Assembly (NCBI GenBank): GCA_016790285.1
Contig: JAEUPJ010000064.1
Span: 312-64,311 of the forward strand
Direction: 5' to 3'
From: Roseateles sp.
GTDB taxonomy: Bacteria > Pseudomonadota > Gammaproteobacteria > Burkholderiales > Burkholderiaceae_C
DNA: 64,000 bases
Within the stretch, counting starts at the first letter, position 1. Each line of letters begins with the position of its first letter. Made by a program: the position numbers and the translations under genes. Under the pieces are notes generated by a model. That model was not told the origin of the DNA and searched no databases. It worked only from the letters and a program-made list of their open reading frames with translations. Shown piece after piece: positions 11,914 through 21,392 of this stretch.

Positions 11914-12573
11914 TCAGCCCAGTTGCTTCAGCAGCCAGGCGTTGAGGTCCTGGATCTCTTCCATGCACACCGAGTGCGGCATCGGGTACTCGTGCCACTC
12001 GACGTCGTGGCCCAGGGCCTGCAGCGCATCGCGGCTGGCGGCGCCGCGCGCGGGCACGACGATGCCGTCCTGCGAGCCGTGGGCCATGAAGATCGGCAGG
12101 TCGGCGTTCGCCGGCGCGCGCTCGGCCGCCGTCGTGCCCGCCAGCGGCAGGTAGCCCGACAGGCCCACCGCGCCACCCAGGCGCTCGGGGTAGCGTAAGG
12201 CGGTCAGCAGCGCCATGGCGCAGCCTTGCGAGAAGCCCGCCAGCACGATGCGGCTCGCCGGCACGCCGCGCGCGCGTTCCTGGTCGACGATGGCGGCGAT
12301 GGCCGCGGCCGACTCGCGCAGGCCGGCTTCGTCCTCGCGGCGCACGAGGTCGGTGACGAGGATGTCGTACCAGGCGCGCATCACATAGCCGCCGTTGATG
12401 GTGACGGGCCGCTCGGGCGCGTGCGGGAAGATGAAGCGCACGGCGCCCAGGGCGCGCAGGTCGAGCTCCCCGCAGATGGGCACGAAGTCGTGGCCGTCGG
12501 CGCCCAGGCCGTGCAGCACGATGAGCGTGGTGCCCGGGTTCGCGCCGGTGTCGATGACGTGGGTTTCAAGCAT
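11914..12573 (-). CDS. alpha/beta hydrolase (carboxylesterase/phospholipase family)
   Basis: LIVLHGLGADGHDF, the nucleophile elbow GFSQGCAM, and HGSQDGIV...H. Confidence 0.8.
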   Translation of the reverse strand: MLETHVIDTGANPGTTLIVLHGLGADGHDFVPICGELDLRALGAVRFIFPHAPERPVTINGGYVMRAWYDILVTDLVRREDEAGLRESAAAIAAIVDQERARGVPASRIVLAGFSQGCAMALLTALRYPERLGGAVGLSGYLPLAGTTAAERAPANADLPIFMAHGSQDGIVVPARGAASRDALQALGHDVEWHEYPMPHSVCMEEIQDLNAWLLKQLG

Positions 12574-13021
12574 GGCGTTGCCAGTCTTTCAGGTGGAGTT
12601 CGAATTGACGGTCGCCCCAGCGGTCCAGGCCTTCGCCGGTGGGCTGCCAGCCGGCGCGGCGGTAGAAAGCTTCGGCGCGGGAGTTCGGCGCCGTGCCCAG
12701 GTCCAGGCGTGTGTGACCCTGGGCGAAGAGCCAGTCCACCATCACGTCGTGCAGCTGGCGGCCGTAGCCCTGGCCGTGCAGGGCCGGGTCCACGAACATG
12801 GCCCAGATGTGACCGTTGCGCGCGTCTGCGATGGCGAAGCCCGCGATGCGCAGCTGCGGGTGCGGTGACAGCTCCACCACCCAGCCACGGCCGTACTGCT
12901 CCAGGTAGGCGTGCAGCTCGGCGTCCGAGATGCGGCCGGGTGTCAGCGTGTTTTCGGTGACGGCGTAGCGCACGCGCCAGAGTTCGGCGGTGTCGTCGCG
13001 GGTGGCGATGCGAAGGGTCAT
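12566..13021 (-). CDS. GNAT family N-acetyltransferase
   Basis: MTLRIATRDD...VDPALHGQGYGRQLHD...FYRRAGW. It overlaps the downstream esterase start by 8 nt. Confidence 0.75.
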   Translation of the reverse strand: MTLRIATRDDTAELWRVRYAVTENTLTPGRISDAELHAYLEQYGRGWVVELSPHPQLRIAGFAIADARNGHIWAMFVDPALHGQGYGRQLHDVMVDWLFAQGHTRLDLGTAPNSRAEAFYRRAGWQPTGEGLDRWGDRQFELHLKDWQRHA

Positions 13022-13073
13022 GGCGTCATTGTCGCGACAGCGGGCGCCGCCGGCGGGCCGCATCATGCGCGCC

Positions 13074-13745
13074 ATGGGATCGCTCTACCTCGTCCGCCAC
13101 GGCCAGGCCAGCTTCGGCGCCGCCGACTACGACCAGCTCAGCCCCAAGGGCCACGAGCAATGCCGCCTGCTCGGTGCCTACTGGCGTGAGCGGGGCCAGC
13201 GCTTTGACGCCGTGTTCACCGGCACGCTCAAGCGCCATGCGCAGTCGCTCGCGGGCATCGTCGAGGGCCTGGGGCAGGACCTGCCCGCCGTGGCGCTGCC
13301 GGGGTTGAACGAGTACGACAGCGAGGCCGTCGTGCGGGCCGTCCACCCGGAGCCGCTGGAGGTGCCGCGCGACCCCGAGGCCGTCAAGCAGCACTTCCGG
13401 CTGCTGCGCCAGGGGCTGCTGGCCTGGATGGCCGGCGAGACGGCACCCGTGGGCATGCCCCCGCATGCGGCGTTCGCGGCCGGCGTGGCCGATGCGCTGG
13501 CGCGGGTGCTGGCCGTGGGCGTGGGCCGCCAGGTGCTCATCGTCTCCAGCGGCGGGCCCATCGCCACCGCCGTTGCGCAGGTGCTGTCCACGCCGCCGGA
13601 GACCTTCGTGGAGCTGAACCTGCGCATCCGCAACTCGGCCGTCACCGAGTTCGCCTTCAACCCCAAGCGCCACCACCTCGTCACCTTCAACACCCTGCCG
13701 CACCTGGACACGGCCGAGACGCGGGCGCACATCACCCACGCCTGA
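13074..13745 (+). CDS. histidine phosphatase family protein
   Basis: LYLVRHGQASFG is the RHG catalytic motif. The length and pattern fit the phosphoglycerate-mutase-like fold. An alternative ATG lies at 13065. Confidence 0.8.
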   Translation: MGSLYLVRHGQASFGAADYDQLSPKGHEQCRLLGAYWRERGQRFDAVFTGTLKRHAQSLAGIVEGLGQDLPAVALPGLNEYDSEAVVRAVHPEPLEVPRDPEAVKQHFRLLRQGLLAWMAGETAPVGMPPHAAFAAGVADALARVLAVGVGRQVLIVSSGGPIATAVAQVLSTPPETFVELNLRIRNSAVTEFAFNPKRHHLVTFNTLPHLDTAETRAHITHA

Positions 13746-13868
13746 GAGCGGCGGCCCTGGCCCCATCGGGCCATCACCTCCGGCACACCCCTGGCTCTCC
13801 TGGGCGAAGCGCGCGCGGGCGGGCCCCGACACCATGACGGCTCCTCAACCCCCCGACGGAGTCCTGTC

Positions 13869-14399
13869 ATGTCCACCTCGCGTTTCTTCGCGCTCACGGC
13901 GCTCGTCGCCCTCGCCGCTGCGGCGGTCGTCGAACCCGCCGAAGCCCAGAGCTTCAGCTTCACCCAGGGCGGCTATGCCGACGGCGCCATGCTCAGCGGC
14001 AGCTTCGCCGGCACCGACCTGGACGGTGACGGCTGGCTGTACGGTTATGAGCTCACGAGCTTCGAGCTGAACTGGAGCGGCAACCGCGCCGTGTCCGCAT
14101 TCAGCCTGGGCTTCGAGGAGCGCGCCGGCCTGGAGTACGAACTCGCCACCGGCCAGCTCGCCCACATGGCCGCCTTCAGCCAGGACGGCGAAGGCGTGCG
14201 CTACTTCAGCTACGACAGCATGGGCTGGCCGAGCTACTCGGTCCCCGGCGTCGTGACGGACGAGCGGCTGGGCCTGTCGTCCGTGACCTGGGAGGCACTG
14301 CAGGTGAGCGCCGCCGTGCCCGAGCCGCAGAGCGTGGCCCTGCTGCTCGCGGGCCTGGGCGTGATCGGCGTGCGCAGCGCCCGCCAGCGCCGTCACTGA
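13869..14399 (+). CDS. PEP-CTERM sorting-domain secreted protein
   Basis: Signal peptide, with the C-terminal end VPEPQSVALLLAGLGVIGVRSARQRRH. Confidence 0.8.
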   Translation: MSTSRFFALTALVALAAAAVVEPAEAQSFSFTQGGYADGAMLSGSFAGTDLDGDGWLYGYELTSFELNWSGNRAVSAFSLGFEERAGLEYELATGQLAHMAAFSQDGEGVRYFSYDSMGWPSYSVPGVVTDERLGLSSVTWEALQVSAAVPEPQSVALLLAGLGVIGVRSARQRRH

Positions 14400-14401
14400 C
14401 A

Positions 14402-15661
14402 ATGCGGCCCATGGCCGCGCCGTTGTTCACCGCCCTCATCACCCCGCCCCCGGCCGCCACGGCCCCCGCGCACGAGCGCTTCCTGCACCTGGTGCGCCTG
14501 GCGCTGGCCGGCGGGCAGTTCGGCAAGCTGTTGCTCTCCGGGCCCGTGGGGCACGGCGATGGCGATGGCGAGGATGTCGAGCGGCTGACCGTGCGGGCGA
14601 TTGAGCTGCGCGGTGAGCCCGCGCTCACCTTCCTGTGGCGGCACCGCACGAAGGACGTCACCAAGAACCATGCGCCCGAGGCCGGGCTGGCCGAGATCGC
14701 GGCGCTGCTGGGCGTGCGCTTTCGCAACGCCCACCTGCACACCGCGGCCGAGGAGGTGCAGTTCGCTGTCAGCCGCAAGGGCCGCGAGACGCTGCGCGTG
14801 ACCCGCGTGGAGGGTGCGGAGCCGCCCGCCCCGGCGGCGCACGACAAGGCCAAGCACCGGCCGCTGGAGATGGCCCACCCGGTGTGGTCGGCGCTGGGCC
14901 TTACGCACCTCGTCAAGGGCGAGCCCGCGCTGGTGCCCGCCATGGCGCGCAAGTGGAAGCAGATCAACCGCTTCGTCGAGATCCTGTCGGCGGCCGTGGA
15001 CGAAGCCGGCCTGGCTGGCCCCGTGCGCGTGGCCGACTTCGGCTCTGGCAAGGGCTACCTGACCTTTGCCGTGCACGACTGGCTGCAGGCCAGCGGGCTG
15101 GATCCGCGCGTGACGGGCATCGAGCTGCGCGACGACATGGTCCGGCTGTGCAATGCCGTCATCGAGGGCGAGCAGCTCGCCGGCATCCGCTTCGACCAGG
15201 GCGACGTGCGCACCCAGGCCGTGCAGCCGCTGGACGTCATGATCGCCCTGCACGCCTGCGACATCGCGACCGACCACGCCCTGCACGTGGGCCTGCAAAG
15301 CGGCGCACGCATCATCATGAGCTCGCCCTGCTGCCACAAGGAGCTGCGCCCGCAGATGACGCTGCCCGCGGTGCTGCGGCCCATGCTGCAGCACGGCATC
15401 CACCTCGGCCAGGAAGCCGAGATGGTGACCGACTCCCTGCGCGCCCTGCTGCTGGAAAGCGAGGGCTACCGCACCCAGGTGTTCGAGTTCATCGCGCTGG
15501 AGCACACCAGCAAGAACAAGATGATCCTGGCCGTGAAGGCCCAGGGCGCGGCCGCCGCGGCACTGGCCGCACGCCGGCCGGAGCTGCTGGCGCAGATCGC
15601 CGAGATCAAGCGCTTTTACGGCCTGCGCGAGCAGCGGCTGGAGCAGTTGCTCGCGGCGTGA
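14402..15661 (+). CDS. class I SAM-dependent methyltransferase
   Basis: The motif I-like VADFGSGKGYLTF and the downstream MIALHACD. Confidence 0.7.
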   Translation: MRPMAAPLFTALITPPPAATAPAHERFLHLVRLALAGGQFGKLLLSGPVGHGDGDGEDVERLTVRAIELRGEPALTFLWRHRTKDVTKNHAPEAGLAEIAALLGVRFRNAHLHTAAEEVQFAVSRKGRETLRVTRVEGAEPPAPAAHDKAKHRPLEMAHPVWSALGLTHLVKGEPALVPAMARKWKQINRFVEILSAAVDEAGLAGPVRVADFGSGKGYLTFAVHDWLQASGLDPRVTGIELRDDMVRLCNAVIEGEQLAGIRFDQGDVRTQAVQPLDVMIALHACDIATDHALHVGLQSGARIIMSSPCCHKELRPQMTLPAVLRPMLQHGIHLGQEAEMVTDSLRALLLESEGYRTQVFEFIALEHTSKNKMILAVKAQGAAAAALAARRPELLAQIAEIKRFYGLREQRLEQLLAA

Positions 15662-15769
15662 CGGGGGCGCGGGGTGAGAGTGGCGCTGCGCATCAGAGTG
15701 ATGGCGTCGTCAGGCCGCGCTCGCTGCGGCGCCGGCAGGCGCTGTAGCCCCCATGGCCGAGCAGGACGC

Positions 15770-16753
15770 TCATCGGGCTTGCCGCGCAAAGAAGGCCCAG
15801 ATCAGGGCCGGCCCGTTGGGCTCCATGGGGGAGGGCCCCAGCAGGCGGGGCCGGCGCGCCCAGGGTTGGGGCAGCCCGTGTCCCGCGCCGTGCAGGGTCA
15901 CCAGCTCGACCTCGGTGCGGCCGTCGGGGCCCTGCCAGCGCGTGTGTTCGACACGCTCGCCTTGGGTCGTGGGTGTCAGGCTGACCTGGGGCTCGCCGGT
16001 GATGCCGGCACGCTTTGCCAGGTACTGGGCTGACGCCGTGGAGGAGATGACCTCACCGCCCTTGTAGAACAGCCCCAGCAGGTTGATCTCGCCGCCGGCA
16101 TACGGCACCAGCGGGTCCTGGGTGCCGTTCAGGATCATGGTCGAGGGCGGCTGCCCGACCGGGTGGCACTGGAAGTTCTGCGGTGCTGGCACGTTGGCCA
16201 GCGCGGCGGCCACCGCGCGGTAGCGGGTCGGCTGCTCCAGCGCCAGGCGCAGGGCCATGGAGCCACCGTTGGACACGCCCGCGGCAAACACGCGGTGGGG
16301 GTCGACCCCGATCTCGCCCACCAGCTTGTCCACGAGCGCGGCCAGGAAGGCGGCATCGTCGGCGCGCACGCCGTTCACCGCCGTGTTGCCGATGGTGCTG
16401 CAATCGTTCCAGTCGAAGCCAAAGGACTTCGGGTAGGCCACGGCAAAGCCATGCGCGTCGGCCAGGCGTTCGAAGCCGTAGCCCGTGCCCACGCGAATGG
16501 CCTGCGGGCCTTCGCCCGAGCCGTGCATCACGAGCACGAGAGGCGCTCCCTTGGGCAGGCCCTTGGGCACATAGGTGCGGTAGCTGCGCGGCAGGCCCGC
16601 CACGTCCATGGTGCCTTTGCTGAGCGTGCCGGAGAGCTGCGGCAGCTCGGGCTCGGGCGTGTAGAGGAAATAGGCAAAGAGGGCGGCCGCCAGCGCCACC
16701 AGGGCCAGCAGGCCGAGGAAGCCGATCAACAGCAGGCGAAGAACTCGTTTCAT
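15770..16753 (-). CDS. PHB-depolymerase-family esterase (LpqC-like), membrane-anchored or secreted
   Basis: N-terminal TM helix, R.Y..YVP, LVLVMHGSG, and GVSNGGSMA (nucleophile elbow). Confidence 0.75.
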   Translation of the reverse strand: MKRVLRLLLIGFLGLLALVALAAALFAYFLYTPEPELPQLSGTLSKGTMDVAGLPRSYRTYVPKGLPKGAPLVLVMHGSGEGPQAIRVGTGYGFERLADAHGFAVAYPKSFGFDWNDCSTIGNTAVNGVRADDAAFLAALVDKLVGEIGVDPHRVFAAGVSNGGSMALRLALEQPTRYRAVAAALANVPAPQNFQCHPVGQPPSTMILNGTQDPLVPYAGGEINLLGLFYKGGEVISSTASAQYLAKRAGITGEPQVSLTPTTQGERVEHTRWQGPDGRTEVELVTLHGAGHGLPQPWARRPRLLGPSPMEPNGPALIWAFFARQAR

Positions 16754-17053
16754 GGCAGGGCGGTGGTTGCGGTCATGCCGCGACTGTGACCTGTGACCGA
16801 GCGCCGCAGGCCTTGACCCGACGAGGCACGCCGCGGCGCGGACGGGCCACGCCAGGCGAGGACGGGTGGCGCAAGCGCCGGCCGGTCAGCCCGCGGCGTC
16901 GTTCGTCCGGGCCCGTCGTGCCTGAGAACCGGCACGGCGTGGCTGGTCCGAGAGTGGGTGCGCGCCCGCAAGCGACTCAAAACAATCGCCTCATCGCTTC
17001 GACCTCGCCTTGAAGTTCAAGCCGTACCCGCCCTCCCGCAAAGGCATCTGCCC

Positions 17054-18082
17054 ATGAAATCGCCCCGCAAGCATCGCCCCCGTCGGTTCGTCGCCCTGAT
17101 CACCGCCCTGGCCCTGGGCGTGTCCCTGGGCGCCGCCCAAGCCGCCATCTTCAAGGACGCGCAGCTGGAGTCGTTGCACGAGTCCGGCAAGTTCGCTGAA
17201 CTCGAGCAGCAGGCCCAGGCCCGCCTGAAGGCCAACCCTGCCGACGCCGAGGCCAGCGCGGCACTGGTGCTGGCCCTCACCCTGGCGGACCCCGCCGACG
17301 CCCAGCGCCTGGAGGCCGGTGCCCGGCAGGCCCGGCTCTGCACCGAGCGGCACCCGGCGGTGGCCGTGTGCCATCTGGCGGCCGCGCAGAACCTCGGCCT
17401 GCAGATGCTCAACATGGGCATGGCCCAGGCCCTGCGCCACGTGGGCAGCCTGAAGGACTTCTGGATCCGCACGCTGGAGCTGGAACCGAGCAGCGTCACC
17501 GCCCGCGTGCAGCTGGCCAAGCTCTATGTGACCCTGCCCGGCATGTTGGGCGGCAGCACTTCCAAGGCCAGGGAGCTGGAGGCGGCCGTGCGCAGCAGCC
17601 AGCCCGAGACGGCGCGCATCATCCGTGTGCACATCGCCGCCGAGGCCAGGAAGTGGGCCGAGATGGAGGCCGAGCTGCTGGCGCTCAAGCCCGCCAAGGA
17701 CGCCGCCATGCTCGAAGAAGTGCGCGACGCCACCATGCAGCTCGCCCTCGTCCACCTCAAGGACGGCAAGGACCTGGCCAAGGCCAGGAGCCTGTACGAG
17801 GCGCTGCAGCGCGACCAGCCCGGCCGGGCTGCAGGCTTTTACGGCGCGGCGCGCGTCCAGGCCGCACTGGGGCAGCACGATGAAGCCATCCGGCTCTTCG
17901 AGCGCGCCAGGGCCCTCGCTGGCGCCGACGACTACCCCATCGACCAGCGCCTGGGTGACACCCTGCTGGCCAAGGGCGACAAGGCCCAGGCCAGCGCGGT
18001 CTACGAGCGCTTCATCGCCAGCCGGCGCGCCCGCCCCGCCAATGTCGAAGAAGTGCGCAAGAGCCTGGCCAAGCTCGGCTGA
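17054..18082 (+). CDS. secreted TPR-repeat protein
   Basis: Signal peptide (ALALGVSLGAAQA). The remainder is helical and Ala-rich, with TPR-like repeats (e.g. ...AAGFYGAARVQAALGQHDEAIRLFERA...). Confidence 0.6.
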   Translation: MKSPRKHRPRRFVALITALALGVSLGAAQAAIFKDAQLESLHESGKFAELEQQAQARLKANPADAEASAALVLALTLADPADAQRLEAGARQARLCTERHPAVAVCHLAAAQNLGLQMLNMGMAQALRHVGSLKDFWIRTLELEPSSVTARVQLAKLYVTLPGMLGGSTSKARELEAAVRSSQPETARIIRVHIAAEARKWAEMEAELLALKPAKDAAMLEEVRDATMQLALVHLKDGKDLAKARSLYEALQRDQPGRAAGFYGAARVQAALGQHDEAIRLFERARALAGADDYPIDQRLGDTLLAKGDKAQASAVYERFIASRRARPANVEEVRKSLAKLG

Positions 18083-18099
18083 ACCGCGAGCCGCAACCC

Positions 18100-18522
18100 A
18101 TGAACGAGACCACATCCATGAACGACGTCCCCGTCTGGCGCCTGAACCTGCTGCGCGCCTTCTACCTGCTGGTTACCGTGGGCTTGACGCTCAGCTTCGG
18201 GCCGTCGATGGTCCAGCACGGCGACCTGTGGGCCCAGCGCAAGGGTGAGACGGCCGCCCTGCTCAGCGGCCTGGCCATCCTCTGCGTCTGGGGCCTGCGC
18301 TACCCGCTGCAGATGTTGCCCCTGTTGATCTTCGAGCTGATCTGGAAGGCCGTCTGGCTCGTGGCGATTGCTTGCCCGCTCTGGCTGAACGGGGCGGTCA
18401 CGCCGGCCGTGCAGGAGACCGCCCTGGCCTGCCTGATGGGGATGGTCCTCACCCCGTTGGTGCTGCCTTGGCGCTACATCGCCCACCACTATTTCCGCAA
18501 GCCGGCCGAGCGTTTTCGCTGA
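18100..18522 (+). CDS. small integral membrane protein, unknown function
   Basis: About four hydrophobic helices. It is tightly spaced between the TPR gene and the LytS-type kinase. Confidence 0.5.
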   Translation: MNETTSMNDVPVWRLNLLRAFYLLVTVGLTLSFGPSMVQHGDLWAQRKGETAALLSGLAILCVWGLRYPLQMLPLLIFELIWKAVWLVAIACPLWLNGAVTPAVQETALACLMGMVLTPLVLPWRYIAHHYFRKPAERFR

Positions 18523-18560
18523 GCCCCGGTGCTGCCGCCGGACCCACCTATCCTGTCCCC

Positions 18561-19649
18561 ATGAACGCGAGCCCCCACGCCCAACTCAACGCCACGGCCG
18601 CGCCCGCCGGCTGGCGTGCGCTGCTCGGCTGGCCGCGCGTGCGCACCGTTGCCATCGTCTGCGCGCTGTTCGTCCTGCTGTTCAGCTTTGGCTGGGATGC
18701 CGCGATGTGGCGTCTGGTTGCGCGGGTGTATGGCGTGGGCTTCGCGCTGCTGTTGGCCTTCGGGCTTTTCGAGCAATGGCCGCGGCGCTTGCCCCCGTGG
18801 ATGGCGCGCTGGGCGCTGCAGGTGGCGGCCGTGGGGGTGACGGTGCCGCTGGCCTTCTTCGTGGCCTTCGTGCTGACGACCGCAGCCGGCGCGCCGCCGT
18901 TCTGGAAGACCCCCCGCCTGGAAAGCTACATGACGTTCACTTTCCTGGGCATGCTGGTGGCGCCTTGGACGGCGCTGGCGGCGCTGCTGCGCCACCGCGA
19001 GGCCAAGGTGGAAAAGCTGGCGATCGACTTCGAGCTGGAGCGCAGCGAGCTGGCCCGCCAGGCGCTCGACGCCCGCATGCGCCTGCTCACGGCGCAGGTC
19101 CAGCCGCATTTCCTCTTCAACACCCTGGCCAATGTGCAGGCCCTGGTGGAAGCCGGCTCGCCGCGTGCGCCCGAACTGCTGCAGAGCCTGACCGCGTATC
19201 TGCGCGCCGCCGTACCGCGCCTGGACGGGGCGGCCAACACCCTGGGCCAGGAGCTGGAACTGGTGCGTGCCTACCTGGAACTCATGCAGATGCGCATGCC
19301 CGACCGGCTGGCCTTTGCACTGCATGTCGACCCCGCCGTGCACCTGCTGGATTGCCCGCCGATGACCCTGCTGACCCTGGTCGAGAATGCCGTCCAGCAT
19401 GGCATCGACCCCAGTGAAGAGGGCGGGCGCATCGACGTCCATGCCGAACGACTGGCGGCGGGTCGCTACCGCCTGCGCGTGGTCGATACCGGCGTGGGCC
19501 TGCAAGCCACCGGCGGTGGACTGGGCACGGGGCTGGCGGCGCTGCGTGAGCGCCTGCTGTGGGCCTATGGCGGCAGCGCGACCCTGGCGCTGAGCGAGGT
19601 CACGCCGCATGGCGTGGAAGCAAGGATCGAGTTTTCCGGGAAGCCATGA
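18561..19649 (+). CDS. LytS/AlgZ-type sensor histidine kinase (His_kinase family)
   Basis: Multi-TM N-terminus, the signature QVQPHFLFNTLANVQAL, and the ATPase motifs ENAVQHG and DTGVGL. Confidence 0.85.
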   Translation: MNASPHAQLNATAAPAGWRALLGWPRVRTVAIVCALFVLLFSFGWDAAMWRLVARVYGVGFALLLAFGLFEQWPRRLPPWMARWALQVAAVGVTVPLAFFVAFVLTTAAGAPPFWKTPRLESYMTFTFLGMLVAPWTALAALLRHREAKVEKLAIDFELERSELARQALDARMRLLTAQVQPHFLFNTLANVQALVEAGSPRAPELLQSLTAYLRAAVPRLDGAANTLGQELELVRAYLELMQMRMPDRLAFALHVDPAVHLLDCPPMTLLTLVENAVQHGIDPSEEGGRIDVHAERLAAGRYRLRVVDTGVGLQATGGGLGTGLAALRERLLWAYGGSATLALSEVTPHGVEARIEFSGKP

Positions 19650-20416
19650 ACCCCACTGCCCTGATTGCTGACGACGAGCCGCTGCTGCGGGAGATCCTGG
19701 AGGCCCGCCTGGCGGCGGCCTGGCCGGAGCTGCAGATCGTGGCGCAGGCCCGCAACGGCCGCCAGGCCATCGAGCTGTTCGACCAGCACCAGCCCGCCAT
19801 CTGCTTCCTGGACGTGCACATGCCGGGCCTGAGTGGCGTGGAGGTGGCGCGGCATGTGGGCAAGCGCGCGCACCTGGTCTTCGTCACCGCGTTCGATCAG
19901 TACGCGCTCGAGGCGTTTGAACACGGCGCGCTGGACTACCTCGTCAAGCCCGTCACCGCGCCGCGCCTGGCCGAGACGGTGAAGCGACTGAAGGCACGCC
20001 TGCAGCAGGCGCAGCCGGCCGTGCACAGCGAGGTGCTGCTGACCGAGTTGGCCGCGCGGCTCAAGCTCGACCAGCCCAAGCCGCTGGCCTGGATCCGGGC
20101 CACCGTCGGCGCGTCCCTGCGCATGATCCCGGTGGACGACATCGACTTCCTCAAGAGCGACACCAAGTACACCCTGGTGGCCTATCGGGACGAAGGCCAG
20201 CCCGCCGAGGCCCTGATTCGCACGCCGCTCAAGGACCTGCTCGCCCAGCTCGACCCCGCGCACTTCGCGCAGGTGCACCGCTCGGTGGTGGTCAATCTGC
20301 GCTCGATCCGGCGCGTCACGCGGGGCGAGAACGAGACCGCCGACATCGAGCTCAAGGGCCGCGACGAGCGCCTGGGCGTGAGCCGGACCTACTTGCACCT
20401 CTTCAAGGAGATGTGA
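19646..20416 (+). CDS. LytTR-family response regulator
   Basis: REC domain (LIADDEPLLRE...FLDVHMPGLSG...KP) plus a C-terminal LytTR domain (...IDFLKSDTKYTLV...VHRS.VVN). An ATGA overlap with the kinase indicates translational coupling. Confidence 0.9.
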   Translation: MNPTALIADDEPLLREILEARLAAAWPELQIVAQARNGRQAIELFDQHQPAICFLDVHMPGLSGVEVARHVGKRAHLVFVTAFDQYALEAFEHGALDYLVKPVTAPRLAETVKRLKARLQQAQPAVHSEVLLTELAARLKLDQPKPLAWIRATVGASLRMIPVDDIDFLKSDTKYTLVAYRDEGQPAEALIRTPLKDLLAQLDPAHFAQVHRSVVVNLRSIRRVTRGENETADIELKGRDERLGVSRTYLHLFKEM

Positions 20417-20466
20417 GCTTTCCGATGCACGGCGGCGCGGTGAGCGTCGGGTGAACGCCCGCGGCC

Positions 20467-20492
20467 AAAAAAAACGGCTCCGAAGAGCCGTT
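20467..20492 (-). terminator. rho-independent terminator of the RRM gene (minus strand)
   Basis: On the minus strand, AACGGCTC-TTCG-GAGCCGTT is followed by TTTTTTTT. Confidence 0.75.
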
Positions 20493-20514
20493 GGTCGAAC
20501 CGGGCCGGGAGGCC

Positions 20515-20865
20515 TCAGTAGCGGCCGCCGCCGAAGCCGCCCGTGCCGTAGCCGACGTCGGGGCGGTTGCTGGCGCGGTAGCCCGCGGGGCTGTAGGCGC
20601 CGGGGGCGGCGCGTTCCTCGCGCGGGCGGGCCAGGCTCACGACGATGCTGCGACCGTCCACGGACATGCCGTGCAGGGCGGCGATGGCGGCCTGTGCAGA
20701 CTCGGGGGTTGCCATCTCCACGAAACCGAAGCCCTTGGACTGGCCGGTGTCGCGGTCCATCATGACCTTGGCCGAGGCCACGTTGCCGAACTCGGCAAAG
20801 TTGCTCTTCAGGCTGGCGTCGGTGACGGAATAGGGCAGGTTGCCCACGTAGATCTTGCTGCTCAT
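20515..20865 (-). CDS. RRM-type RNA-binding protein with a Gly-rich tail
   Basis: The RNP motifs are KIYVGNLPY (RNP2) and KGFGFVEM (RNP1). The C-terminal tail is Gly/Arg/Tyr-rich. Confidence 0.9.
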   Translation of the reverse strand: MSSKIYVGNLPYSVTDASLKSNFAEFGNVASAKVMMDRDTGQSKGFGFVEMATPESAQAAIAALHGMSVDGRSIVVSLARPREERAAPGAYSPAGYRASNRPDVGYGTGGFGGGRY

Positions 20866-20968
20866 GGTTGAGCCTTTCGCTGAGTCAGGGCGCGTCGCCG
20901 GGCGGCGTCGATGGTGCACGGGTCGTGCGCCCTGGGTGGTAAATCGGAAGGGGGGGCCGGGCGTGCGG

Positions 20969-21208
20969 TCAGCAGGCCGGGGGACTCGCCATGCTGGTGT
21001 GCAACCAGCCCTGCGTCACGGCGACGAGCCGCGCGGCAGCGTGTGATGCGAACGTCGTGCTCAACCGGAACACGCGGCGGGGGCGGTCGTCGCCGGCTCC
21101 GCCTTGGACGGCAAATGAGGCGCGGAAGCGGCCACAGTCGGTCGGGTGAGTCGCGGGCGAGACGACGTAGGGGCCCATGGGGATGGCGGTCTGCGGAATC
21201 GTGGTCAA
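20969..21208 (-). CDS. small hypothetical protein (start uncertain; the first codon is TTG)
   Basis: The ORF has a high third-position GC when read by eye. No motif was recognised. An internal ATG at residue 11 (MGPYVV...) is a possible start. Confidence 0.3.
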   Translation of the reverse strand: MTTIPQTAIPMGPYVVSPATHPTDCGRFRASFAVQGGAGDDRPRRVFRLSTTFASHAAARLVAVTQGWLHTSMASPPAC

Positions 21209-21331
21209 TCAGGCGTGCCGGCGATGGGGCCGGCGGGGGTGGGGCCCGGCGCCTGCAACGCGGCAGGCCACCCGGGTGACGGCAGCGGTTGGGGGCCGCT
21301 GGGAGAGGCCTTGGCCTCATCAACAGCTCGA

Positions 21332-21365
21332 ATTATACGTAATTGAGAATTTAGGCTGCCGTCAA
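21332..21365 (-). promoter_or_regulatory. candidate sigma70-type promoter in an AT-rich island
   Basis: The minus strand reads TTGACG (21365-21360), then 22 nt, then TATAAT (21337-21332). The -10 element is perfect but the spacing is non-canonical. Confidence 0.25.
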
Positions 21366-21392
21366 TATTACTTTGTGTTTAAAAGCCGGCCA

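Noticed and set aside
13790-13815. Possible sigma-54-type element (CTGGCTCTCCTGGGCG) upstream of the PEP-CTERM gene at 13869
   Set aside because: The GG/GC spacing and the flanking bases do not fit TGGCAC-N5-TTGC.
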